Source of the DNA: Octopus sinensis
Taxonomy: Eukaryota
DNA: 64,000 bases
NCBI RefSeq assembly: GCF_006345805.1
Contig: NC_042997.1
Location: forward strand, 120,466,001 to 120,530,000
Reading direction: 5' to 3'
The notes under the pieces are model-generated. The model saw only the letters and a program-made list of their open reading frames with translations, was not told the DNA's origin and searched no databases. Every line of letters starts with the position of its first letter. Position 1 is the first letter of the stretch. Below, one piece after another: positions 1-12,969 of the stretch. The position numbers were made by a program, and so were the translations under genes.

Positions 1-909
1 ACATTTGAAATGCATAGTATATCGCGGAAGATAAGATACATAAATCGTTTGAAGGAACGCATCATCAACTCATTTGCACAAGTTTCACAATGTGTGCAAT
101 TACGATTTCACAATGAGTGAGGTAAACGTATTGCAATGTGTATTCAAAACAACGGTAACCATATAGAGCTTGTTAAAGACAGGAAAAAAAAAACTTTTGT
201 TACAAACTGCTTCTTAGAAAAAGAAAAATGGTTACTATGTATGGCAACTTTTGAATCACCCTGTATATATATACACATAACAACCAAGAGATATTCACTA
301 GTAATGTGACTGATGTCAGCTGTTGTGTACATACACATGTCTCGACGTATCTACACCCTCTAACATAACGCACATGTAAAATTTATTGACTAAATAATCG
401 ATTGAGTTCCAAATGAAATTCAATTTCCAGCGGTTAAATATTCATTGCCACATTCAAAAATTACATTTCTGCTCAAAATGAATATAATATAATCATAAAA
501 CCATCAAGTTTGAGAATATAATCGTCTTACTTTTAATCTCTAATTCATGTGTCATTATTCGGTAGTATATAATCATAGACGTTTCTTTTGGTTATTTGAT
601 TAATGTTCCGAGACTTAGCTGTTCAACAGTGTACTAATTAATACGTTTTGAATATAATTATGGCACCAATAAAAAAATTATTCCTAGAAAACTTGTGGAA
701 AAGTATTATATATGTGAAACTTAAATCATATAATTTCCAAATATGTGTATTCAATATAAAACAGATTGATACACCGACATCTTCCTACAAGGGAAAAGAT
801 CAGCCCTCTTCATGTATTACCGCACCAGATGTATGTATGCGTGTGTGTATTTTATATATGTATTCATGTATGCATATATAAGCATACATTTATACAGACA
901 CACACATTC

Positions 910-923
910 ATATATATATATAT

Positions 924-1001
<78 letters not shown>

Positions 1002-1142
1002 TATATAATATATATATAATGTAAATCCCCCTGTTTTTGGTGTTATCATATATATATATATATATATATATACGTACGTAGTTTAGTATCTATCTATCCA
1101 TATAGATATGTACCTATCTATCTATCTATCTATCTATCTATC
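910..1142. repeat. (TA)n then (TATC)n microsatellites
   Basis: Directly visible simple repeats. Confidence 0.95.
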
Positions 1143-1550
1143 ATTCTTGGCCTGACGGCCAACCTCCAACATCTCTTATGTCCATCTCCTATGTTCGAGT
1201 CTTTAGGCTTTCACTTCATACTCGCCAGCTCAATTTGATTCGTTCTCAGTCGAAAGACACCTGCTGTTATATTGTTGTTGTTTGCATTTGTAATTGTGTA
1301 CCATGTTCTCCGTTTTTTATCTTAGTTGCTGTACACATTCGGTAGCTTTCCTTTTCGGGGAAACCAGACCGAGCTGTTTCCAGTGTGACTGTCCGAAACA
1401 GTCATGACATCTGGTACTTGACCGAAGAAAGAAGGCCACTAATGACCCGTCTTTTTGCCTCCCCTTTTATTGTTGTTTCTCCTGTTCGCCTTTGTATCGT
1501 CTATATGTCCGAATGTTTCATTGCTATCTATTTCGTTTTTCTTCCATTTC

Positions 1551-1602
1551 ATACACACACACACACACACACACACACCACACACACACACACAATATAT
1601 AT

Positions 1603-1655
<53 letters not shown>

Positions 1656-1737
1656 TGCAAAATAAGAAAATGTAGAAATACATCCAAATCAAATATCAGT
1701 TACCAGATAATACCCAATCACATACTTTATTAAACCA

Positions 1738-1771
<34 letters not shown>

Positions 1772-1772
1772 T

Positions 1773-1805
<33 letters not shown>

Positions 1806-1806
1806 G

Positions 1807-1874
<68 letters not shown>

Positions 1875-1888
1875 TGTATGTATATATG

Positions 1889-1928
<40 letters not shown>

Positions 1929-1970
1929 CGTGTGTGTGTGTGTGAGTGCGTGTGGTTTTGTGTATGTATG
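1551..1970. repeat. Compound (CA)n/(TA)n/(GA)n/(TG)n microsatellite cluster
   Basis: Directly visible simple repeats. Confidence 0.95.
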
Positions 1971-2702
1971 TTAGAATCCTAGCTTGCTATGCACTGCTTT
2001 AGAGGCCGGTACTTTTTCCGAACAACGAAGTAATGGGCACATAAAACATCGGTCGTTAAGCAGTGGAAAGGGGCAAGCACCTACGTAAAGACGTATGTGC
2101 ATTGAACGTAATTTTTTGGGGTATGCTGATAAATATAATTGAATTCAATAAATTATGTTCGGACAATATATGCGATCACGACTAAGCGAAAATAATAAAA
2201 AAATCATCGAATTCAATATAAGCAACTTAACCAACCATTCTGCCCAGCAGGAAAGCTTTTGGTTAAATATCGAATTACTGATACGGGCTTCAAGTTTGAA
2301 ACCCATAGCGAAGCTCCGTAACCTACCACTACTTCTTCTCCGGCATGGCATGGTCTACTTGTGTCTCAATCATATGAGCTTGCCACCAGCTATGACTGTT
2401 CAAATAAAACGCTTCTCAACAATTCTATGTTTAGCAATGGTGGTTTCGAGCGAGCGATAACTATAAACGAAAGAGCTGTGAGATGTTTCTGCTCGGTGGC
2501 CATTGAGGTGTTTACAAATAAACATCACCGAGTACTGAAAATTGATTACATCAAAGACTTCATATTGTTGTCTCTTTATTAGATTCATCCTGATAGTAAT
2601 ATCAATGCCCGTCTTGTTGAACGGTGTGTAACCTAATGTACATATACGCATTTCAAGTATAGGACCAAATTTTAAAATAATAGTCACAAAATTAGACACA
2701 AA

Positions 2703-3030
2703 CCAGCTACAGGTAAGTTGACTACATTGACCCTAGTGCAAAGCTGATACTTATTTTATCGACTCCGAAAGGAGGGAAGGTAAAGTCTGCGTCGGCGGAA
2801 TTTGAACTCAGAACGGAAAAACGGACAAAATGCGTGTCAACGATTCTCCCAGCTCCCAGTCTTAAACAAATTTAATATTGGCTTCAAAATTTGGTGCAAC
2901 GCCAGCAAGTTTCAGGCAGGAGGTAAGTCAATTATATCATTATATCGACCCAAATACTCAACTGGTACTTATTTAATCGACCCCGGACGAAATGCTTCTG
3001 AACATCTTGCCGAGCGTGCTAATGATTCCA
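2703..3030 (-). mobile_element. Two degenerate copies of tRNA-derived SINE family A
   Basis: Reverse complement of the core gttctgagttcaaattccgccg...ctttcggagtcgataaaataagt, shared with better copies at 6154, 7925 and 22540. Confidence 0.6.
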
Positions 3031-3789
3031 CTAACTCACTACCTTACAAAAATTTAATATTAATGTAAAATGAAAACCATCTATCTCTCATGTATAACAT
3101 GGTATGGTGAATGTAACTATTGCTGTTAAGTAAAGAAGATGGAAAAGATGAAAGCAGTCCTCCATAAATTGTACATGATATATTGTGGCATTAATAGTCC
3201 ACATTTATATCAGAAATAGAAATTTCAAATTAAGCAATGTGAACAAATATTAAATAATGTAAGAGAGTTGCATCCAGTAGAAAACACATTGTCTGTGACA
3301 CGATCGTGTATATGATGAATATAAAGATAAGAGAATGCTAAAGAAATGTAGAAAGCTCCTATGTTGGAGTGTATATAGGACCAAATCCTGATAGTTGAAT
3401 GAAAATATAGGGAACGAATATAATTTCTTTGTCAGCGATGTGAATAATCGCATACATTTTTTTAATAATTTCTCTACATGGTGCTTTCTAGAGTATCAGA
3501 ATATTAATGTCTTCCCTGCAATAAAAACAGGGTTCATCTTGGATTAATACTAGAGCAATAAATCTCAGGATTACTAGACATATATAAATATTGGAGTGCG
3601 AAATGAAATAAGGAACTTTTTTCTCGTTCCACAAATATGGAACTTTATATAAATGAATATTAAGAATGTGTTTCTATAAAGTCGACATCCGTATTTGAAA
3701 TGAAGTGTCAAGAATAAGTTAAGAAAGATAAGAATTAGAACAGTAATTCCCACAAATCTATAGCGAACATGAGACTACGTAATTATTAT

Positions 3790-4214
3790 TTTTCTCTTGT
3801 TTCAGTTATTAGACTGAGGCCATGCTTGAGCACTGTCGGGAAAAAATTGTAGTCGAATGAATGTGGCGATTATTCTATCGGTCTGGTGCTTATTCTATCG
3901 GTTTCATTGCAGAAATGCTAAGTAACGGAGTGGGAAACATACCAGCATCAGTTTTCAAGCAGTCGAGGGAAAAAAACAAAGACGCAAATACGGGTGTATA
4001 TGTCTATACACACACATACATATATATAATTATTAATGTAGCTATTCGCAATTTAAAAACCAAATATATATACGACTAGCTACTTTCAGTTTCTCTCTAC
4101 CAAATCAACTAACAAGGCTTTGGTTGGCACTAACTGAAGTTCCACAGGGTGGAACTGAACCCGGAACGAGGTGGTCGGGGAGCAAGCTTCTTAACATAAA
4201 TCACGCCTCTACCA
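3790..4214 (-). mobile_element. Degenerate tRNA-derived SINE family B
   Basis: Similar to the family B copies at 26771 and 31451 (gtttcagt...ggccatgct, ctaccaaatc..cacaaggctttggt, gaacccggaac, agcaagct). Confidence 0.75.
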
Positions 4215-4215
4215 T

Positions 4216-4309
4216 AAATATATGGAACACTTCACGAATTTGCGCGTCATACTTGCGCAGGAGACACGCAATTTTTTCTGTATCGTTCGAACTTTAGAAT
4301 ATGTACTGC
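4216..4309 (-). pseudogene. U6: U6 snRNA pseudogene, missing the extreme 5' end, with many substitutions
   Basis: Reverse complement reads gcagtacatattctaaagttcgaacgatacagaaaaaattgcgtgtctcctgcgcaagtatgacgcgcaaattcgtgaagtgttccatat, collinear with canonical U6; the ACAGAGA box is mutated to ACAGAAA. Confidence 0.92.
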
Positions 4310-4651
4310 AAGGTATTCATAATTTATCTATGTTCTTGCCTGTTGCTGCGCTGATGACGACTCAAAACAGAGAAAGAACCATATAAGACACAATCACACA
4401 TCTACATCATTACTAAACGTGTAAATCTATGTATAGACAATTGGGGTATGATATTATCGAGCTTGAATCATTTATCGTACGCTTAATATGAAATACACAA
4501 CTTCAAAACTTGTCATATTTATGATGAAGCCAAAGTTGGGGTAAACTTTTTAAAATCCATTGTCTAATTACAGAAGGTTTCTGCTATTCGCTTTAAATAA
4601 ATCGTGTGCTGTAACTGCTTTAATATCATTATTTCTAATTAATGTGAATGC

Positions 4652-4860
4652 GAAGGCGGCTAGCTGGCAAAATCTTTAGCAGGCCGAGCAAAATCCTTCC
4701 ATTCGCTTTTACGATCTGATTTCAAATTCCTCTCCGATAGACTTAGCTTTTCATCCTTTAAGGATCAATAACACAAGAACCAGTTGAACACTGTGGCAGA
4801 CTTAAACGATTTAATCCTGGCCCGAATTTGCTGGCCTTGTGCTAAAATTTGAAATCAATA
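4652..4860 (+). mobile_element. Degenerate SINE family A
   Basis: Head aaggcggctagctggca..., tttcaaattcc, gcttttcatccttt core and ggccttgtgct tail. Confidence 0.6.
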
Positions 4861-5730
4861 TATGTGAAGACGCGTGGCTTACAAGTTATTGTGCTGCACT
4901 AACACTTTCCAAATTGTGGATTCGGTGCCCCGAACGAGCGTCGTGTTCTTGAGTAAAACAACTCATTTCATGCTGCTCTAGTGCCGTGTAGGGAGCGCCA
5001 TACCAAAGAGTAGACCCAAACTGTCACCTGCGTATCGTGAAAGGAGACGAAATGAGGTTGAGGTTAGATTTCTTCTCCGATTTCGTAAAAACTTTATCAA
5101 CGTCAACTATACAAATGGTCGGTCGGTTGTCGTGTGAATGGTGCAAAAGTGTCAACCGCCTCGAGTATGCAATCACTAAAGATGCTGCTACCCATTATTA
5201 CAGACCGTGTTTCCTTACTGCTGCTGCTGCCACTACTACTACTACTACTACTACTACATGAATTAGTTACAACTCTTTCGCCCCAAATATTAATCTAAGC
5301 TAAAAATATTGTCCTATACCTATGCAGCCATTATTATAAATCTAAAATTTACTGATCTTTTGATATCGAGATAGTTTCACTTATTCCTCACTTTTCGCAG
5401 CTGAAGTGACTTCTAAGGAAACATACGCTGTAAAGAGGAATTCATAGCAATCAATCCTTTATATGAAACTAGCAATATCACCTGGCGTTGCTCGGGTTGG
5501 TTTCTACCGTTTAGAATTGGAATTTTTGAAAAGTAAAACTTCTGCATTATGTAGCTTGTTATTCTCTTTAAGTGAACATTTTTCTGGCGACACAGCAGTA
5601 AAAAAATCGGCAAAAATAGGGATTTTCATAGAAATAAAAGCAGATTTTTTATGTAAATAATTTTTGGTCTTAATATGGTCCGATTTGAATTTTATCTTTT
5701 ATGGAAAAAAGAGCAAGACTTTTGGTCAAC

Positions 5731-5818
5731 CTGTGCCGCAGGGTCTCGGAGGAGATAGTGTTAGTTGAAGGCTACCAAACCTGCCACACACAGACAACTT
5801 CAGCTTTATATATATAGG
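5731..5818 (-). mobile_element. Possible Helitron-type 5' terminus fragment
   Basis: Minus strand begins ctatatatataaagctgaagttgtctgtgtgtg, resembling non-autonomous Helitron 5' ends; motif recall only. Confidence 0.3.
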
Positions 5819-6153
5819 TATTGAATCCAACATTTAAAAACATTTACATATGCAGCAAAGTGTTCATCTGAAATCAACGGTACATAATTCACCCTTATGT
5901 ATAAAATGGATTTTATTTATGTTTTCTGCCAATATATGCTTTACATGAACTAAATATATTGGGAAATATATTACATATGGTGAAAGCACATCGGCGGGAA
6001 ATAAACAAAAGAAGATAGTTCATATTAAGTAATATTATTGACTGAATTAATATTTTTGTATTATATATGAACCAGGTAAGTAGATTCAACACAGAAACGA
6101 AATTAATGAAAGCGGGATTTATTTGAAAACTAATAAATCTAAGGAAACAAAAT

Positions 6154-6356
6154 TCTATTTCTTTACTACCCAGAAGGAGTTAAACACAGAGAGGACATAC
6201 AAGGACAGACAAACGGATTAAGTTGATTAAATAGACCCCGAAAACATGAAAGGAAAAGTCGACCTCGGCGGAATTTGAACTCAGAACGTAGTGGCAGACG
6301 AAATACCGCTAAGTATTTCGCCTGGCGTGCTAACAATTCTGCCAGCTCGACGCCTT
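6154..6356 (-). mobile_element. SINE family A
   Basis: Minus-strand head aaggcgtcgagctggcagaattgttagcacgccaggcgaaat, B-box-like gttcaaattcc and core gtcgacttttcctttcat. Confidence 0.9.
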
Positions 6357-7092
6357 CAAGGATACAAATTTCTTTCAGAAAAGTATTTCTTTTACATGTG
6401 CGTCATATTGAAGATATCGAGAAATACTGTCACATTTGGAATTAAATCCGGTCTGACACATTTTGTTGCTCAAAAATTGCAGTGTGATAAGCCATCTTTG
6501 AGAAATTACAGTTGCAGGTATTTGATTTAAAAATTTGTAATAAAATAATCAATTATGATACTGTCTCATTAATTAAAAATTATAGAAATGTAATATTAGA
6601 TATTACTAAACAGAATTAAATCGATAACAACATGGACTACTCTCTAATTGCTTGTTTCAATTAATGCGATACACAACAGTTTTAAATTTAAGGAGAGAAA
6701 TATGAATTTAATGCCATTATAGAATCAAAGATGATTAAGTAAAAGATCGAAAATATCGGCATGATAAAATATTCAAAATTTCTAAAAACATGCTGTGTGT
6801 GCTGAATAAACACTTTTTTAATTATTTAATTACGCCACAAACAAAGGCAGTATATGGAAAGTAATCTCTTCATGACAGGTAATTTCTGGTATGCGATTGA
6901 CTCAATAGCAATTTGGTATTTTCGTGACATGAGATATGAAAGAAACAGAATGAGATCATGTCTGGAAAGCGGTAGAAAAAAAAAAGAATGCTTGATTCTT
7001 AGTTATTTATCTGTGTACGAAGAGAAGTAATGATACATCCACACGTTATTATGATTTTTTAGGTCAAAACAATGCAAGGTAAAAAAAAAAAA

Positions 7093-7181
7093 CTTGGGCA
7101 AGTGTCTTCTACTATAGCCTCGGGCCGACCAAAGCCTTGTGAGTGGATTTGGTAGACCGAAACGGAAAGAAAACCGTCGTA

Positions 7182-7224
<43 letters not shown>

Positions 7225-7405
7225 TCGCTTTACAATTGCTGCTGGTGTGTTTACGTCCCCGTAACTTAGTGGTTCGGCAAAACCCACCGATCGAATACTT
7301 ACTAGGCTTACACAGAATAAGTCCTGGGGTCGATTTGCTCGACAAAAGGCGGTGCTCCAGCATGGCCATAGTCACATGACTGAAAGAAGTAAAAGAGTAA
7401 AAGAG
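7093..7405 (+). mobile_element. 5'-truncated SINE family B with an internal (TA)n
   Basis: cttgggcaagtgtcttctactatagcctcgggccgaccaaagccttgtgagtggatttggtag ... ggcggtgctccagcatggcc ... aaaagagtaaaagag tail. Confidence 0.9.
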
Positions 7406-7924
7406 AATATAAAATGATAAGTAGTACTTTTACGTGGTATTTCTAAATTTTGGCGTTAGAACCCTTTCTTCAGGAATTCTACAGAGACAAAAATGCAATT
7501 ACATTTAAAGTTTTCGACGTCCTACAGGTAAAAGGTTGGCTACGTCTACTAAAACTTTAGTTATATAGTTATACTGACATGAATATATATCTTTACACAC
7601 ATGCATGTGTGTGTGCATTCACTTTTGTGTATGAGTCTGTGTTTGTGTGTGTGTAAACACGTACTCAGAATGACATTAACATATAATGTGTGTGAGCTAC
7701 AATGGGTTTTCTCATATAGAATACAATAGTTATAAAACATTCCCCTCTTCAACTGAAATTGTCTTTAAGACACTTCAAACATTTAAAAATAGGTGAGATT
7801 TAGAGAAGTGAATCTCATTTGCGTCAAAGAGATAAATTTGCATTAACTTTTTATGAGGCTAATCTAGTGCGTTAGAGAGTTTCTTGCGATACTGGGAAAT
7901 CTATTGAATTATTTTAAAGATCAT

Positions 7925-8697
7925 AAGGCAGTGAGCTGGCAGAAACGTTAGCACGCCGGGCGAAATGCTTGGCAGTTTTTCGTATGTCTTTACGTTCTGA
8001 GTTCAAATACCGCCGAGGACGACTTTGCCTTTCATCCTTTCGGGGTCGATTAAATAAGTACCAGTTACGCATTAGGGTCGATATAATCGACTTAATCCGT
8101 TTGACTGTCCTTGTTTGTCCTCTCTGAGTTTAACCCCTTGTGGGTAGTAAAGAAATAGGTATTTCGTCTGCCGCTACGTTCTGAGTTTAAATTCCGCCGA
8201 GGTCGACTTTGCCTTTCATCCTTTCGGAGGCGATGAATTAAGTGCCAGTTACGCACTGGGGTCAATGTAATCGATTTAATCCCTTCGTCTATATTTGTCC
8301 TCTCTGTGTTTAACCCCTTGTGGGTAGTAAAGAAATGGGTATTTCATCTGCCGCTACGTTTTGAGTTCAAATTCCGCCGAGGTCGACTTTGCCTTTGTTG
8401 CTTTCGGGGTCGATTAAAGAAGTACTAGTTACGCACTGTGGTCGATATAATCGACTTAAACCGTTTGTCTGTTCTTGTTTTTCCTCTCCATGTTTAGCCC
8501 CTGGTGGGTAGTAAAGAAATAGAAATAGGTATTTTGTCTGTCTTTACGTTCTGAGTTCAAATTCCGCCGTGGTCGACTTTGCTTTTCATCCTTTCAGGAT
8601 CGATAAATTAATTACCAGTTACGTACTAGGTTCGATCTAATGGACTGGCTCCCTCACCTAAAATTCCGGGCCTAGTGCCTAGAGTAAAAGAGAATAT
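7925..8697 (+). mobile_element. SINE family A with a tandem array of ~180-190 bp body units
   Basis: One tRNA-like head followed by units starting near 7977, 8155, 8336 and 8526; the last unit has a different tail. Confidence 0.92.
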
Positions 8698-9200
8698 TTT
8701 AAAGATCAGTCGTGCATTGATAAGTGTGTGCTCGTTTCCTTATTGGAGTTCCGGAATATCAACGTGATGGGTAATATTTTTGAATGATTTTTAACGTTAA
8801 ACCTATTCAGAATTTAAAAGAGTTCAGGTTGACTGAGACGCAATAATGTATTTCTTTTAGCGAATAGTCGCCTTGATGTCGAAACGTAATAGTATTGCTA
8901 CATTGGGTGCAACTTGGCCTTTTGATGAAAGAGGAATATGTGTGTTTGTGTATGGGTGTGTTTTAGTTTGTGTGTCTGTCTGCTTAAATGAGAAGATTTA
9001 AGTGAATGTGTGTATAACTCTACATTAATCTGCTCACTCACTCGCAGTTACACCGTCATGCCTATATACACATTCACGTATTTTTCAAGTATTGGAAACT
9101 GAATGTTCTTTTCATCTGTAGTGTCTATCTTTATATAACGTATATTTATGTGTCTGCGTGTGTTGATATGAGAGTTAATGGATCCCTCTGTGCTTGTGTT

Positions 9201-9237
<37 letters not shown>

Positions 9238-9664
9238 GATCTATATATCAAAATAGGCATGTGTGCATATTAAAATTTCCTAAAACTCGCTACTTATTTG
9301 TAGTAGTAAAACCACATAAATCCTACGTAGGTAAAATATGTTACAGCTTTTATTAAAATCCTATAAAACTTTTTTCATATTTTCCATATATGATGGAACC
9401 TACGCAAACTATAAACTAGGACTTTCAAATGTTGATTTCTTCAGTGGCTGAATTAAATACTTGTTTTCTTTCTTTATGGTAATACTCATTCCTATTTCTA
9501 CACAAGAAAAGAAACTCTACACATGCACTCAACTGTATACACACTCGGTCATACACACAAGGACACACATACATCAAAATTTACCTTTGTGCTCTCAAAA
9601 GCACACTTATATGTATATTTGTTTGTTTGTGTACATAAACCACTACACACACACACACACACAT

Positions 9665-9708
<44 letters not shown>

Positions 9709-9922
9709 GAGGTAATGGTGTCATTGAGACCCAAAGGTGTCAGGTAATGCTGAATAAGTGCTATAGATAGGTCATAGTTAAGTTCCCGGTTCGGTAATTT
9801 TGCGAATAAGGGGTGTAACGTTGGTCATATGCCAGCGTGTGTGTATAAGATTTTTTTTGCGTAATGAAATAGAAAAACCAAGGTTGTGTAGATTTTAGAA
9901 CATTTTATAGATATAAGGTCTG

Positions 9923-9923
<1 letters not shown>

Positions 9924-9998
<75 letters not shown>
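9924..9998. repeat. (TATC)n microsatellite
   Basis: Direct. Confidence 0.95.
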
Positions 9999-9999
<1 letters not shown>

Positions 10000-10067
10000 T
10001 ACGTACAAACATACATTCATACATACATTCAAATACATATGCATATGTATATCTGTGTACATACATA

Positions 10068-10232
10068 TAAGCGTAGTAGTGGCTGTGCGGTAACTAGCTT
10101 GCTTACCAACTACATGGTTTTGGATTCAGTCCCACTGCATGGCACCTTGGACGAATGTCATCTACTATAGCCTCAGGCCGACCAAACACTTGTGAGTAGA
10201 TTTGGTAGACGGAAACCGAAAGAAGCATGTCA
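10068..10232 (+). mobile_element. SINE family B, 5' half
   Basis: gtggctgtgcggtaactagcttgcttaccaactacatggtt...ttcagtcccactgcatggcaccttgg. Confidence 0.85.
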
Positions 10233-10295
10233 TATATATATGATTTTGATAACTTCTATAGATTTCGGCCTAGTGAAGTCTTTTAGTCATATATG

Positions 10296-10530
10296 GGTCA
10301 CCTTGACTCAGTCTTGCTAAGTGTTATTATTGTTGGAGACAAATCCTGGTGTAAGTGGTTAGTCTGGGAATCTTTGAAGAAAGTTGTCCAGTGAGCTTTT
10401 GAATTTTATGGGATTAGTTTCAGTTTTGACGTATTTTGGTATGGTATTAAAGAGAGGTGGAGCAGTTGAGCTAAAGTAGGTGTGACGCAATGTTGTTATG
10501 TGTTCTGAGTTCGACTCTTGTAGTGGGAGG
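10296..10530 (-). mobile_element. 3' end of a CR1/L2-group LINE ORF2
   Basis: Translation YFSSTAPPLFNTIPKYVKTETNPIKFKSSLDNFLQRFPD*PLTPG resembles the C-terminus of CR1/L2-type ORF2 (..GPRLFN.LP...FK..LD.FL...PDQP). Confidence 0.7.
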
Positions 10531-10710
10531 CTAGTACGGAGGCCGTGTGTCCTTGTATGTTTATGCGTCTGTTTGTATTCCCCGCCATTTGCTTGTCCGA
10601 CTACAGGCGGTGCTTCAGCATGGCCGCAGCCAAATGACTGAAACAAATAAAAGAGAAAACTAAAGAATATATGTGTGCGTGTGTGTGTGTGTGTGTGTGT
10701 GGTGTGTGTG

Positions 10711-10935
10711 AAGGTGCATGGCTCAGTGGCTAGAGCCACGAGCTTACGATAGTGAGGTTGTGAGTTTGAATCCCGGACCGGGCTGCCTGTTGTGTTCTTA
10801 AGCAAGACACTTTATTTCACGTTGCTCCATTGCAGTCAGCTGTAGAAATGTGTTGCGACGTCACTGGGAACAAGCTGTGTCGACCTTCGCTTTTCCCTTG
10901 GATAACACTGGCGGCATAGTAATCCATGAGCAACC
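10711..10935 (+). mobile_element. tRNA-derived SINE family C
   Basis: A box ggctcagtggctagag, B box gagtttgaatccc, then gtgttcttaagcaagacactttatttcac. Confidence 0.8.
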
Positions 10936-11007
10936 TTACCCGGGAGGGTAACTTTCTAGGTACAATCCAATGGTTAGACATGACGGAAGGGAGTCTCAGC
11001 AATATAT

Positions 11008-11010
11008 GTA

Positions 11011-11101
<91 letters not shown>

Positions 11102-11135
11102 ATATGTATGCGTGTGTGTGTGTGCGTGTGTGTTG
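11008..11135. repeat. (TATC)n/(TA)n/(TG)n microsatellite
   Basis: Direct. Confidence 0.9.
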
Positions 11136-11573
11136 TATTGGCGTATATTCGCATAAATACTCACACACGCACACAGACTGACGCAAAAGGGCATACACAC
11201 ACGCACGCATATACATATATACAAACTACTCACGCTCCCCGTAGCTTTATATACACACATTCGTACGTTGTGCATTGGCACAAATATACGCCCTCCTCAC
11301 AGTTGTCCTCCGTGCTCGTCTTGCTTTAAGCATGCCGTGCCTGTCCCATAGACACACGTGTATTTTCTCTCTCTATTTCTTTCTCTTCTCGTCTATTTTT
11401 TAAGACAAAGGGCATATGTTCGAAACATAAAAGAATTTTTCCTTTGAAACCTCCTCTTACTACAGCGTAAATCTAACACAATTTCCTTCTTTACCTCGTC
11501 TTCGCTTTATTTATATATTTTGCATTATATATTCTAATAACCATAGCCATATATATAAATGTATGTATATATA

Positions 11574-11612
<39 letters not shown>

Positions 11613-12666
11613 CGCTTATATATCTGTGCATTACAAAACAGATATATGTGAGTGCTTGCTCCAAGTTTTTGTGCATATAAGTCACATGTAGTAATTTTCT
11701 AAATGGAATCTGTTCTACTTAACGATATGATGTCTTGCAGTTATTTTTGCTCTCGTATTATTTTCTGAATGTCTCACGCAGCACAAAACAAATTAACAGT
11801 ATAATAAAAATAAATTAAACATAGTGTTTTTCATTGCGACTAGAAACGAATGTCATTGAACACAATTCAAACTTCTTAATGCATATTTTACTAAATGAAG
11901 TAATTCTCAAAATACTCTCGTTTTATAAATATCTGTTGGGTAATTTTAGATTTGGCCAAGTTGATTTAACTGTTATGCTATCTTACGATGTGTTTATCGT
12001 TGTTATATCAGATACCGACCGTGTGTTTGTTCTCTCTGTATTTTTAGTGTTATAGAAATACACACGACTTAGACTTCACAGCAGATTCTGATGATTACCT
12101 GCTGGTCTCCTTTAACCAATAAGCATTGATCGTCTATTCAAAATAAATCGATATACGTTCATATGAAAACTGCTGCGCAGTTGAGAAATAACTCACTTCT
12201 TTTATATCATTAATGTTTTCATGGAGAACATAAACCACATAATGGCCTCTATTTACCTTCTATTAAAGTGTAGTAGGTATTTTCATAGGCAAAACGGTAC
12301 TGGAATAAACTTTGATAGTGATGGGTAATATTGTTGTAGAAAGATTTTTTGTGTTAATCCGCTATCTAATGTAATCCCATTCCTCACTTTTCTAATTTCA
12401 AACCCCATTAAGCTTTATGAACCTACTGAGATTTTTGTTTCCCTGTCTTTTCCGTGTCCTTTGACTATTCATAATTAAATAATGGAATAGTCTTTTGACA
12501 AGAAATATTGGAACGGCTATGAGAAGTTTTCGCACAGCCAGTTTCATGCTGCTATATTTGGCGTCGCTGATTTGGCGCTAACATATTTGACGTTAGATAT
12601 TTAAATATTTTCTAGTTCTCTCCCATCTCTTTCCCTCCCCCTCTCTCTCTATCGACCCTTAGTCGA

Positions 12667-12810
12667 GAACAATGTCGGTCGGGGAGTTTGACTGGGGCAG
12701 TCCGTCTGTCAAACGGTAACGCAGGTGTCCCAAGGCGAGTTCAGCGTGGACGGAAACCACACGTCAAGCAAAAGGGCAAAAGCTCGCTCGATCTCGATTT
12801 TCAGTAAGAA
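12667..12810 (+). pseudogene. 28S: Isolated, diverged 28S (LSU) rRNA fragment
   Basis: ggggagtttgactggggcagtccgtctgtcaaacggtaacgcaggtgtcccaaggcgagttcag...gggcaaaagctcgctcgatctcgattttcagta matches a universally conserved 3'-half LSU segment; no other rDNA nearby. Confidence 0.92.
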
Positions 12811-12817
12811 AATTAGC

Positions 12818-12890
12818 TATCTATCTACCTAGCTATATATTTATCTATCTATGTATCTATCTATGTATCTATATATCTATCTATCTATCC

Positions 12891-12968
<78 letters not shown>
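12818..12968. repeat. (TATC)n microsatellite
   Basis: Direct. Confidence 0.95.

Positions 12969-12969
<1 letters not shown>

Noticed and set aside
2145-2700. Overlapping 70-100 aa ORFs
   Set aside because: No recognisable domain in any frame; a faint LINE-endonuclease resemblance (KIDYI) is too weak.
4216-4309. Functional U6 gene
   Set aside because: The ACAGAGA box and the AGC region are mutated and the 5' end is missing.
7438-7476. Degenerate HHR-like strings here and at 44111-44152 and ~63700-63730
   Set aside because: Each lacks at least one essential part (GAAA, the core, or stem I pairing), so they were not counted.
12667-12810. Functional rDNA locus
   Set aside because: Only ~145 bp, diverged, with no flanking rRNA sequence.
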